Assembly (NCBI GenBank): GCA_051362555.1
Contig: CM120640.1
Location: forward strand, 5,580,001 to 5,644,000
From: Lingula anatina
Lineage: Eukaryota; Animalia; Brachiopoda
DNA: 64,000 bases
Direction of reading: 5' to 3'
In this document: piece by piece, positions 1 to 10,700 of the stretch
Layout: the number at the start of each line of letters is the position of its first letter
How positions within the stretch are numbered: position 1 is the stretch's first letter
Notes under the pieces: model-generated
What the model was told of the DNA's origin: nothing
The model's input: the letters and a program-made list of their open reading frames with translations, nothing else
The model's database searches: none
Position numbers and translations under genes: made by a program

Positions 1-92
1 ACCACCCTGAGCTTCAGAGATAACTTGAAACCTAACTTAACACTATATCATACCTTGGCCGGTGTCAAGTTATCTCTGAAGGTCAGTGTGGT
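1..92. repeat. 28-bp inverted repeat (hairpin), probable MITE fragment cut by the window edge
   Basis: 1-28 ACCACCCTGAGCTTCAGAGATAACTTGA is the near-perfect reverse complement (2 mismatches) of 65-92 TCAAGTTATCTCTGAAGGTCAGTGTGGT. Confidence 0.7.
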
Positions 93-803
93 TCCTACTG
101 ACATTAAAAATATTATTTTCTAATGAATAATATGGCAGTTATGCCATAAGTTATGGGCTGCAATTATTGGAAGACGTTTTTTCATTGACTCAAGTTCAAT
201 ATATATATCCATCAGTGCTTAGCTGTTGAGGTAGTAGTGACTAGTTAAGAAGTTTAACTTTTTGGGGCGATCGGTTTCGTCGCGAACAACTTTTCTTTTG
301 AGAAAACTACAATGAAAATGACACAAATTTAGAAGTTGTTGCTGCCAACTAAGACTGCCTGTTGACCCTGGTTAAATTAAGTTTGAGATCTGGCGCACTT
401 TTTCAAAAACGACCGTAAATAAACTAGTTCTTCTCCGCATCTAGAAATAGACGTTTTTCTTTCCAACAACAAAAATTGCACTCCTTATTGCATTTGTTAC
501 GTTCATTTGTGTCCTGTTGGAAGTATTGACATATTGTTAAAAACGGACCTCGGGCATTGAGCAGCGAAACTAAACGCTTCCAGAAGATGAACGGCGTGGA
601 TTGCCCACTTTTTTCTTAAATTCTTTGACGTAGTTGCCTAAAAATTTGCCTGTTTTTATCCATTTCTTGAGCTTGTGTACCATATCTCAACGTTTTTTGA
701 CTGACAATTCATGAAATTTTTTCTTTGATATCCAAATATGCTAGGCATTTCTGTCTCTCAGTGCTACCGTTGAACGAATCAATTGACGAATGCTAGTTAC
801 TGC

Positions 804-1085
804 TCAGTCTGGAGAATGTATTTCATATTGTCGTGATTCACCGCTGTCTTTAAATGCTTCTGACTTTATGATGACGGGCGAGCCTATCCTACCATAACGG
901 TTGCTTTTATACAGGCCCGAGAACCCTGGGGACGGCTCCCAGCTGCTTCTGCTCGGGCTGCCGCTGTGTGTTCTGGCTTGGTGCGGGCGTGGTGGTCGTC
1001 CGTCACTCGAGCCTATCTTCCCGTAGCGTTCACTGTGAAATAGTCCGCTAAAGCCTGGGGAAACCATGGACGCCCCACAACCCAT
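804..1085 (-). CDS. Orphan 93-aa protein with N-terminal MGCGAS acylation motif and two SPGFSGL..S.RYG[K/R]IGS repeats
   Basis: GC-rich ORF within AT-rich DNA. Strong Kozak context gccATGg at 1085. The internal peptide duplication is conserved. A candidate acceptor TTCTTTTCATACAG lies about 65 nt upstream on the minus strand. Confidence 0.55.
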   Translation of the reverse strand: MGCGASMVSPGFSGLFHSERYGKIGSSDGRPPRPHQARTHSGSPSRSSWEPSPGFSGLYKSNRYGRIGSPVIIKSEAFKDSGESRQYEIHSPD

Positions 1086-3302
1086 GGCAGGTTTTATTTC
1101 CTTTATTTTGCACAGTACCTTTGGAAAAACATAAATCTGATAGTCTGTACCTGTATGAAAAGAACCTTGTGATGAACTTGACGAAGTGAAATACTTTAAT
1201 GATAACGGGATGAATGCAGTGCTGAAAATATACACATGATACAGTCGTTTGTTGAAGTGAAACTCACCATTTTAAAACAAAATTTGTCTCAAAATACTAG
1301 CGTCCCACTCCTTTTCTAATTGACTACATACACCATCTACTCACGAACCCATTACCCTAGTCGGCTGCCTGCCTAGATATTTGGATATAAGGCATGCAGC
1401 TGTACTAAATGTTCCTCAAAATATATAGCTCTTTTCATGTACAAGTAGGTCATAGAATTTACTGTTCAACACACGACCATCTATCCGAAGACCCCAAACA
1501 GAATCAACGACTTAATACTTCTATTACACGTTTTTTTACGTACCTGTCAAGATAAGATGCTTTGTTTATATATTTCGCAGGGATGGTTAAGGCCCATGGG
1601 ATGCTACATCCAAGATAAGAGTAGACATTTAACTAGACAATCTACTCAGATCAACTATCCAGGACTAGCCCACAACGTAGTTCTGTGGCCTTGAACTGTG
1701 ACACAGCTGGTGCATCTCTTGTATATATCAACCACAGCGGTACAATAGTTTTTCTCTCATGTACATTTCAGTAGGAGAATACACTGAATAGCAGTGCAAT
1801 CGTGCAATCTGCCTATGGGATTGATACCAAACGCACTCTGGGGAGGCAGGTTCTACTTGAAATTTTGTATTAACAGAAGATCATTTTATTCTTTGTAAGA
1901 AATACCTTAGATCTATTTTTAATGTTATCAATGCACAACTAAATTGCATAAAATGCGCTATTATAAAACTACTAGATCCTTTTTATGTTTATCTGTACAA
2001 ATCAATAAAAACAGACCTAATGTGAGGGTCGTTCCACGCCAGCATGTAAAGCACATTAAGGGACCAAGGGTGGGTTTCATAAAAGAATTTAAATCCCCAA
2101 ATTATTATATTTTTAGCTCCCCAAATTGTCGTCTACTTAAAGCAGGCCATATAAATAAAGTAAGTATTGCTCTGAAATAATAGCTTTGCTGTGTTTTAAA
2201 ATAGGCCTGCAGTAAAGATTGAAACGGTCATCTTTAATCCTCATAGAAACGTATGCAAAATGCCAAAATGAAAAAAAAAGTCCAGGAGAGTATGCATGCC
2301 CTCTTCCCATTCCACAACCAATCTAGGAAGGCAGCTATATTAACACTGTGGACATGCGCGAACAGCATTATAATTAGAGGAAAAAGAATACAATAAGTTT
2401 TTAGAAATAAAAATTCATTCGTCTATTTTTTAATCTTTTCAACAATCATCTAAACTGTCTTAACTTCAATAAAACCATCACACAGTTATCTTTATTATAA
2501 TGTAATTAACAAATACACATTTTTTTTATTTAGCAGTGATAATTGGTCTTTGAAATGATTTTAATTTATCTTAAGGCTTGGCATTAGCTCATCAAATCAT
2601 CTTTGATTATAAATACTGATTTCCAAATTTTCACCTTACACATTTTGCAGCATCCCTCAGTCACAATTCTATTTGAGAGAGTCATTCTAGTATATTCTGT
2701 ATGAAACGATATATGCAAAACGATTACAATTGCTTTGTTTCCCTTTTTTATACTTTCAAGTATGCAATCAATAATGCAGCAAAACACAAAAGAGAGATTT
2801 TCTCAGAACAAATGATGTCAATCGTAGGAGCCGTATTCCCAGGAGGCTTTTGTTCCATTAATGTAAAATGTCTACCTATACTTCTCTAAATTCATAATTA
2901 TGTTTTCTGGAAATCAGCGCAGGTTTTAGAATATACTGTTGGATGTGGGGAAATTAAATATGCACGACATGGTAAAAAGCTGTGAGGTTCCGTCACACTT
3001 GGTGCTGAAAAAAAATTCATTCAGTGAATGTGGTACAATAAACAAGTGAATTAATTGCATTGATAAATAGCAATAACGGACATGTTCGTTAATAATTTTA
3101 TTTGCTTTGTTTCGAATTTCCAATGAATACTGTTCAGTGTAGAAGGACTAATATCCGGATCACAGCTGTTAGTGTCGTTATCAGTCAGCACTGTGCGACG
3201 CCACGTGCGCGCTCTCTGCACGCCTCTGCTGTTTCTGTCTTATCGACGCACGCCTCCTTAGTTGCTCATTCGAGACTGGAAAGGTTAAATATATACACTA
3301 CA

Positions 3303-5990
3303 ATGAGCGTTGAACGGCATTTGGAAGGCAAGGTCGCGCTAGTGACTGGCTCCACCAGTGGGATTGGGCTTGCCATTGCCCACGGTTTGGCAAAGAGGGG
3401 CGCCAGCATCATCCTGACGGGCTTCGGTGACGAGGAGCTGATCAGTAAGCTGAAGGAGGATTTTACCAGGTATTGTGTCATGATGGGTTAACTTCCGGTA
3501 TAGGCATAAGAATAATCGCGTTCACCTGTATTTGTCAGTACCTAGTTGAACAGTTATGTAATAAATAGACCCCGAGTCAACGAGGGTCATGTGGCATACA
3601 CGAGTGCGTAGCACGAGTGGATGTCACATAACCCTCGCTGGCGAGGGATCTATCTTATTTAGACCACAGTCCATTAGCGGGTTATAACGTATTCATGCGA
3701 GAAGTGTGGTTACGAGAGTTACACCACGTCTGAGTCTTTTGTTCTTCACTTCCACCGTGGTCTAAATTGTGATACCTAGGGGTCTGTAACGTACATCTAT
3801 TGTATAACCGGTCTATTCCTTCAGGTAGGGGGTTTATTTTTGGAAAGATCGCATAGACCTAAGATCTAATAAACGGACGTTTATTAGATCTTAGCATAGA
3901 CCAACAGTCAGTAAACAGTATCAGGACTTAGGCCTACGTGTAAAACTTTGACCCACGAGTACGTTCTCCACATTTAGATTTCGACCCCTGCATACATTTT
4001 ATTTCATAACCAAGTGCTCCTCGTTGCCAGAAAGCGGCATATACCGTCGATATAATCAATTTAAAGATATAATACTCCTCCAACAGAAAAAAAAAGAAAA
4101 TGTAGAGTAGACTTTCTTTTATTTATTTATTTTTCTTTTCAAATTCTGTTATTTCAGTAAATATAACTGTAGAGTTGATTACATTCCCGCAGACCTCAGT
4201 AAGGTTGCTGACATCAATGAGCTGTTCACCAGTGTCATCAAGTTATATCCAGAGGGCGTGGACGTTCTAATAAACAATGCAGGTACGCGTACAAAAGACA
4301 GCTGAAACGCTGGTGACTTGCAAAACGAAATGGGATTTGTTTTTTAAATTGTCGAATTAGACATGTGATTTATTTCTATTGTTGTAAATAGTTATAAAAT
4401 TGTATTTAAAGTGTTTAGCTGAATGTGACGTGAAGTGCTTTAAAATGCCCCGAAATGCCTACTCCCATGCTATATTAGTAGTATTACTGTCTAGTATGTC
4501 TTGATATGTGTTGACCGCTGTCTTTGTTACGTTTTAGGATACAACCACGTCTGCCTTGTTGAGGAATACCCTGAGGAGAAATGGGACGACATGGTGGCAG
4601 TCATGCTGTCAGCTCCTTTTCACCTCTGCAAAAGGTTTATACCACTCATGAAGAAAAAGGGTAAGCCGATGCCGAGTTGTGATCAGGGATTAACAGTTAA
4701 TTGGGCTACCGAGAAACCCACAAACGGAGAAAAAAGTGAAAATGTAAAAAAAAAAGAGAAAATGGTGATAGCTATTTTTTTATTATGCATCGCAGTGAGA
4801 AGTGTTTAAGAGCGCAAACACAACTGTCAATATTTTGGTCTTGGTTTTTTATTTTTTAACGCAAGGCTGGGGGCGCATCGTCATCACTTCCTCTGTACAC
4901 GGTATGATATCGACAGCAGGGAAAGCAGTGTACAGTGCAGTTAAACATGGTGTTGTGGGATTGGCAAAGGTGAGATCTGTTATAAACTGTTATAAACTGA
5001 AAATTAGAATAAAAAATAAAAAACGCTGCTGGAGTTTCCTTCGCGTCCTAACAACATGTATTTCTTGCAATAAAGCTAGAAGTTAAGTCACACTGGAAAG
5101 GCATGGTTTCCATGACCTAATATTGTTTTTTGCCCAACAGTTTTTGTAAACGTAGCTTATTTTCGTTGCAGGGTATTGCGCTTGAGGTAGTTGACTACGG
5201 CATCACTTGCAACACTTTATGTCCAGGATTCGTAGACACACCCGGTAAGAAATTACTGATGATTTTATGAGAAAAGTTGATAAGAATAAAGGTGCCCTGC
5301 ATCGCAAAGATTGTCCTTTTTGATGAAAGAAAGCGATTGCGTAGCACTAAATACGATTAAGACTGGGTTCCCATACTTAGATCGATCTAACAGGATCGAT
5401 CCATCAGGTTTGCGCTGCGTTGCTTTCAGCTTGAGCGGCTTAGATGTCTGGCACGCCTACTGAAGCTGCTAACGATAATTTATTAACCCCTAGCAGCTTC
5501 AGAAGGTATGACAGACATCCAAGCCGCTTTGGTTGATTGCAATTTAGCGAAAATCCCCTCAGAGATAGATCGATCCACAGTTAGTACAATAGGGTCTGGG
5601 AATGGTCCCTAAAAGACAGCAAGTGCACCTTACAAAAGGAACCATTAGCTTTTTAAGTGTTTTGGCGATCCTGTGTAACTACTTTAGTTTATAATTGTTC
5701 TGAGAGGATAAATTTTATAGACATTGGATAAGCTAATTTTTTTAATTACATTGATCACTGTGACAGTTTCTACATAGGCATTTTTAAAAGCCTCTTGCTA
5801 CTCATTATATAGTACTCGTATTCCTTTATGTATGTAAGCCGTTAAGCATAAGAGCGTCTCTATTCTGTCTGAAAATCGAATATATCGGCTCTTCCACAGA
5901 CCATGATGCTGAGGAAAATGTGAAATACTCACCTGTTCTGAGGTTGCCTGCTACACAGTGTTTATGTAAAGATGGCAGCACAGGTGAATG

Positions 5991-6038
<48 letters not shown>

Positions 6039-7030
6039 ATTCACAAAGTATTGTGGATCTAGCTAATGGGCTCTCGCTGAATGCAATCACAATGACAGCC
6101 TAACACGCCTCCATTAGTAATATCGACAAAATTCATTGTGAACGGTGCCTTATATAGTAGCTGATGTTACTTGATTATTACAGCTTTCATTTTTTTCTAG
6201 TGACACAAAAACAGATAAAACAATTTGTACAGGACGAAGGAATTTCTCTTGAACAGGCCAAAGTAAGTTTTATTATTGCCAAGAATAGTTTGTTTGAAAA
6301 ATATTATGCGACTTTTAAGGCGGAAGATTTTCTCCTGTGTAAGCATGGCAACTTTTTAACGTTTCAATTTCTTGTCCTGCTATGCAAATTATGTAATACT
6401 TTTCAATCCAAAAACTGGATTCAGTGTTTGTAATGATGATGATAATACTTTATTCGAAATAAACTTACATTCAAAGCTTCTGGGTGAAAAGGAATAAATA
6501 TGTGGAATAAATATTTGACCTTTACTTAAGAAATAAAGTATCAGGCAATGGCCTGATAATTAGTTTAGTGTCTTCCGCTTTCACTGCCTTAAATATTTCA
6601 ACAAAACGCCTTTATTTCACCAGGTCGATTTTGTGTCAAAGCGACAACCGACAAAAACGTTCATAGAACCAGAGCATGTAAGTTTCAAGATCTTTTTGTT
6701 ACTCTTTATAATCAACATTATAAAACAGTTAACTGGAAACGTTTAACACGTTTGACTGCAAAATTGATAAGCGTTATCTGGGGAAAGCTTTAAATATTTA
6801 TGTAGGGCCTGCATTTATTTTGACATGTTGCTCTTGTTGCATGGAAATATTGGTTTTTCTTTGCCTCAGCTAAAAATAAGCGTAATGTGAAATATGAGAA
6901 CAGGCTTTCACATGAATTCTGATGTTTCGTGTTTTAGATTGCAGAGTACGTGGCCTTCATCTGTTCTCCCTATGCCGCACAAATCACGGGTTCCGCCATG
7001 CCAATAGAAGGGGGATGGCTGAGTAAGTGA
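3303..7030 (+). CDS. D-3-hydroxybutyrate dehydrogenase-like classical SDR, copy A (8 exons)
   Basis: Exons about 3303-3469, 4158-4282, 4538-4660, 4866-4969, 5172-5244, 6201-6262, 6624-6677, 6938-7030 with GT-AG ends. Motifs [32 protein letters not shown] and [12 protein letters not shown] are typical of BdhA/HBDH-type SDRs. Confidence 0.9.
3561..3767. repeat. Imperfect palindromic repeat (MITE-like) in intron 1 of BDH copy A
   Basis: Arms CGAGGGTCATGTGGCAT and ATGTCACATAACCCTCG surround CACGAGTGCGTAGCACGAGTG. A further pair TTTAGACCAC / GTGGTCTAAA follows. Absent from copies B-D. Confidence 0.55.
3860..3893. mobile_element. 34-bp perfect palindromic insertion with 9-bp target-site duplication
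   Basis: TAAGATCTAATAAACG-GA-CGTTTATTAGATCTTA flanked on both sides by GCATAGACC (3851-3859, 3894-3902). Confidence 0.75.
5364..5609. mobile_element. GATCGATC-rich MITE-like element; related copies at about 11171-11390, 11700-11955, 19258-19460 and 19770-20026
   Basis: Ends TTCCCA.../...TGGGAATGG with subterminal paired GATCGATC palindromes. Occurs at two different intron positions in the array and is absent from copy D intron 5. Confidence 0.6.
5994..6036. repeat. (GA)n microsatellite
   Basis: About 21 GA units. The homologous sites in copies B (about 12338-12363) and C (about 20407-20431) are short GA runs followed by poly-G. Confidence 0.95.
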
Positions 7031-7750
7031 CGTCCCTGGTCACAAGAAGCACACTGAAGATTTAGCAGCATCGAACGCCATCATGAAAAAACTGTGGTGT
7101 AACTAATGGAAGATCAGCCCTACAACCACAATTAATACACATCAGTTGCTCTTTCGTAACATGTGAACTACTTTTTATCTAAAAATAAACACTTTGCTCA
7201 ATAATTATTTTGTGTAAATATATATATATATATACACTTAAAATTTTGTTAAAATTGACGGTGATCTTCAGTTGCCCAAAATTGGCAAAGTGGAAAGCAA
7301 ACTTCTCATTCAGGACATCGAGTCAATAAAAGAATCTTGTAGAAACACAATTTCTAGTTTCACTAACGTCCAAAATAGTTATCTCATAATATAATAACGT
7401 TGGAGGCATGGAAGTGCCTACTGGACTATCCATCAATTCATTTAAAATGTCTGTTCATTTCACATCTTTGCTGCCCAAGGATTGGACTTTACAAAATGTT
7501 CTGTTCCGCAGACCGTGAGATTCAAAACTTTTCAAAAATGGAAGTCTGTCGGACTGTTATAATGAGGGTTCCGCGGACCTTAAAATGGCGGGACTCTCTG
7601 TCACATCACATCGGGATGAGGATGAGAGCTGTGAGTCGTTAATAGGAGGCGCTGTGCGTCGTCACGTTCGTGCCCGCAACTGCAGCTTCTGTTTTACCAC
7701 ATACATACACTAACTGCTCAATTGAGACTGAAAAGGTTAACTACAACATA

Positions 7751-10700
7751 ATGAGCGTTGAACGGCATTTGGACGGCAAGGTCGCGCTAGTGACTGGCTC
7801 CACCAGTGGGATTGGGCTTGCTATTGCCCACGGTTTGGCAAAGAGGGGCGCCAGCATCATCCTGACAGGCTTCGGTGACGAGGAGCTGATCAGTAAACTG
7901 AAGGAGGATTTTACCAGGTGATGTGTCGACTTCCGGTATAAGCATATGGCAAAATTAAAATGTTAAATCACGTTTACCAGTTTATCTTAATGCCCAGTAA
8001 CTGAGGTCTAGATCTTACTTGAATAAAACAAATTTAATACTGCAAGAAGGCCTATATATTGCTTTCTAAATAGTGATGGCCTTTGGGATTTGGGTAGGTC
8101 TCCGGATAAAAGGCAACGAGTGAGCACTGGCTCATCATATCAAAGTAAAATCAGTAGACACTACAATCACCGAACCGACCGAACAGCTGACTGAAGCCGT
8201 CTGGCAGCTACTCTGACTCGACCGGTATTGTAACCCCCTACCAAAAAACTGTCTCCCTTAAAGCATTTATGTATATTGCTACCACAGTGATACCCATAGA
8301 TTTGATTATTTTATTACACAATGTTCACACAACCAAATATCGAGCAAATAAAAGAAGCGAGAGGTAGTGCACTGTCCCAGCATGACCATCAAATTTCCCA
8401 TTTATCTCTTATATTTTATGTTGTCCATACAGGGAACACAGGAGGGAATTTCGGTCCGCAGGTTTGCAAGAAGGTTGGGTTGTTTCATAAAAACCTTCAG
8501 AGGGTTAGGCAACGTCATAACCAAACAGAAACATGACTAGGATTTCCTGGTTCTGGTTCAGGCTGACTTACGGAGACCACTCGCTTACCACATCCAGAGA
8601 AGAGGGAATGCTGACACACTTGCTCGTAGCGAACGTTCCATGGCATAAAGGAACTTCACTGCAACATCAGACCAAAACATATAGGCAATCTTGTTACCAC
8701 TCTGTAAGCAGGGTTTCGTTAGGAGAAAAATGATCACCGCCAGAAACCGTCTACGTCGAGTCAGATGATATACCAGAACTCTGGCATAGGCACCACCCAA
8801 AAAACTGGTGAATGGTACTGTTTCAAATGAGATTCAGTGTTGACATAAGTGATTAACACAAGGGTTTGGATAACAGCTGAAGAGAAGCTGTCCGATTGCC
8901 TGTCTCTTGTTGACAACCACATATCAGTCATGGCATTTGCAAGCTGGTAGCGGTCAGCAGGGACGTTAACACAGAGCATAACATCCAAGCCCGGTGTAAC
9001 GTGACAGAGAGTCCCCCCCCCGAAATATAGTCCGCTTCCCATTCATTTGTACAGGAAAGCCGCACCCTAGATTTTGATCTTAAACCACAAAGAAGACTTG
9101 GCATATGGGAACCAGATCCAGACACCTCCCCCCTCTAATGGCCAGCACTATCCTTATATCAGAGCAACATTAAAAGTGTGTCAGAAATACTCAGGAAAGG
9201 ATTGGTATAAACAGAAATGTTCCCATACTGTCTTCCATATGTGGAACGTTGTCACCCCGCAAACATTTAAGAATCTTCCTAACATCTTGCACTGTACAAA
9301 ACACTAAGATGTGGCTTTGATATCTTTACTATGGTCATTTTAATCGTTGGTTGTACAATACGTTAACTTTTGTGAAAAATCGTTCTAGAATGTTAAAAAA
9401 TAAAGATTAGTTTATGACTGGTTTTTCTGTATCATTTTACTAAATGCAGTAGGGGTGACACTTTCTTTGGTAGGGGAGTTTAAGATCGTCACTATGCATG
9501 TCATGTGGAGATACGTGTATTTGTTCTTATGTAACGTGGCATGATAATTTCACAACTATTTTCTAATTTGTCGGATTTTATTATGGAAAGATCGGATAAT
9601 CGTACAGAGTCTCGGATGTAGGAAGTGTGATAGACTAGTAGGCTACCTCTAGTATGGTGTAAGCCTCTTTCCTTTTTTTTTTTGCCAAGTTAATTAACAG
9701 ATCTAGGAAACAGCCAAGGGTGCCTAGAAACACGTTCTTCGCATCTACATCTGACTCTAGCCTACCCCTGTAAAGGTCCAACCATTGACAGTTAATTTAT
9801 TTCTATTTCAAAGTGCTTATTAAAGTTATTACGTACGTCTCAAACATAAAAAGAAAACGTGCATGAATAATGTTTCAAGACTTTTTTGGTTTATCTTTTT
9901 TCAAATTCTGTTATTTCAGGAAATATAAGTGTCGAGTAGATTACATTGATGCAGACCTCAGTAAGGTTGCAGACATCAATGAGCTGTTCACCAGTGTCAT
10001 CAAGTTATATCCAGAGGGCGTGGACGTTCTAATAAACAATGCAGGTACGCATGCGAAGACAGCTGAAGTCGCTGAAACGCTGGTGACTTGGGAATCGAAA
10101 TGAAGTTGTCGAATCAATCATGTACATGTGATTTTTCTATTGTTGTGAATAGTTATGAAATTGTTTTAAAATTGATATAGATAAATGTGACATAAGTGCT
10201 TTGGTACTTATTTTGCCTTGCATTTCTGTTATTATCTTAATAACTGTACATGCATGTCTTTAGGCCCCTATACATATTTGTTGCCCACTGTTTTGCCCCA
10301 TGTGATTTATTTCTATTGTTGTAAATAGTTATAAAATTGTATTTAAAGTGTTTAGCTGAATGTGACGTGAAGTGCTTTAAAATGCCCCGAAATGCCTACT
10401 CCCATGCTATATTAGTAGTATTACTGTCTAGTATGTCTTGATATGTGTTGACCGCTGTCTTTGTTACGTTTAAGGATACAACCACGTCTGCCTTGTTGAG
10501 GAATACCCTGAGGAGAAATGGGACGACATGGTGGCAGTCATGCTGTCAGCTCCTTTTCACCTGTGCAAAAGGTTTATTCCACTCATGAAGAGAAAGGGTA
10601 AGCCGATGCTGAGTTGTAATCAGAGCTTAACGTTGAATAAACAATTAATTTGGCGACGAAGAAACCGGCAATTAGAAAGAAAATGGGAAAAGGAGGAAAT

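Noticed and set aside
1944-3123. Short ORFs upstream of the BDH array and other sub-100-aa ORFs in introns and intergenic DNA
   Set aside because: AT-rich, with no recognisable motifs or splice support; consistent with chance ORFs.
8321-9307. Short ORFs recurring at about 8.3-9.3, 14.4-15.5 and 22.4-23.9 kb as a novel repeated gene set
   Set aside because: They are frameshifted fragments and antisense frames of the decayed Tc1 element duplicated with the BDH genes.
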